Below are positions 63,681-64,000 of a stretch of DNA of 64,000 nt, piece by piece (the first letter of the stretch is position 1; each line of letters begins with the position of its first letter). Source of the DNA: Somniosus microcephalus (lineage: Eukaryota); contig CM126214.1 in the NCBI GenBank assembly GCA_052327205.1, forward strand, positions 177,878,001 through 177,942,000. The letters run 5' to 3'. The position numbers were made by a program, and so were the translations under genes. The notes under the pieces were generated by a model, which had not been told where the DNA came from, ran no database searches, and worked only from the letters and a program-made list of their open reading frames with translations.

Positions 63681-64000
63681 CTGAAAGAGAAAAATTGAAA
63701 TTCTTTTATAAGCTGCATCTAAATGTGAGTCACTCTATATACATGCAGATTTAAACTTTAGGAGGACCTGGTGGTGGGTGGGAGGTAAGTGCGCTCCAGC
63801 CATACCTGTGTAAAGGCAAATAAATGAGGGTCTTTGTCTCTGCCATATATACAGAGACAGAAAAATAGATGGGGGGGGGGGTCTTTTGAAATCTGTGCTT
63901 TGACAACTACATTTGGGTGTCCCTAGAGGAAGGTGCTGGTGCATTTGCCATGTAATAGAACCATCAAGGTGGGGGAATCTCAGCACTGGGAGGCAAAGCG

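Overview
This is vertebrate genomic DNA, almost certainly from a cartilaginous fish, judged from the HE1-type V-SINEs, Deu-domain SINEs and shark-type CR1 and Penelope repeats. The + strand carries the complete coding region of nuclear receptor coactivator 3 (NCOA3/SRC-3): 20 GT-AG coding exons from ATG 3734 to TGA 45655, 4311 nt, about 1436 aa, with all phases consistent. A probable ~6.7 kb 3'UTR follows, holding a 36-bp G-rich minisatellite. Tail-to-tail on the - strand lies the last coding exon of an OCSTAMP/DC-STAMP family gene. The standout feature is a 1925-bp 5'-truncated Penelope-like retroelement (uninterrupted RT + GIY-YIG ORF, hammerhead motif at its 3' end) inserted inside that coding exon between 7-bp target-site duplications. 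It replaces the last 41 aa of the host protein with 18 element-derived aa. The orphaned RT-endonuclease frame has in turn gained an in-frame ATG and a ~41-codon leader from the host exon's +1 frame. Introns also hold several hammerhead-bearing mini-Penelope insertions, a non-autonomous Helitron with a promoter-like cassette, a cluster of Harbinger-type MITEs carrying splice signals, and an in-frame CR1 fragment behind the penultimate NCOA3 exon. A tRNA-Ser(UGA) pseudogene lies just beyond the displaced OCSTAMP tail. All calls were made by eye; no database searches were run.
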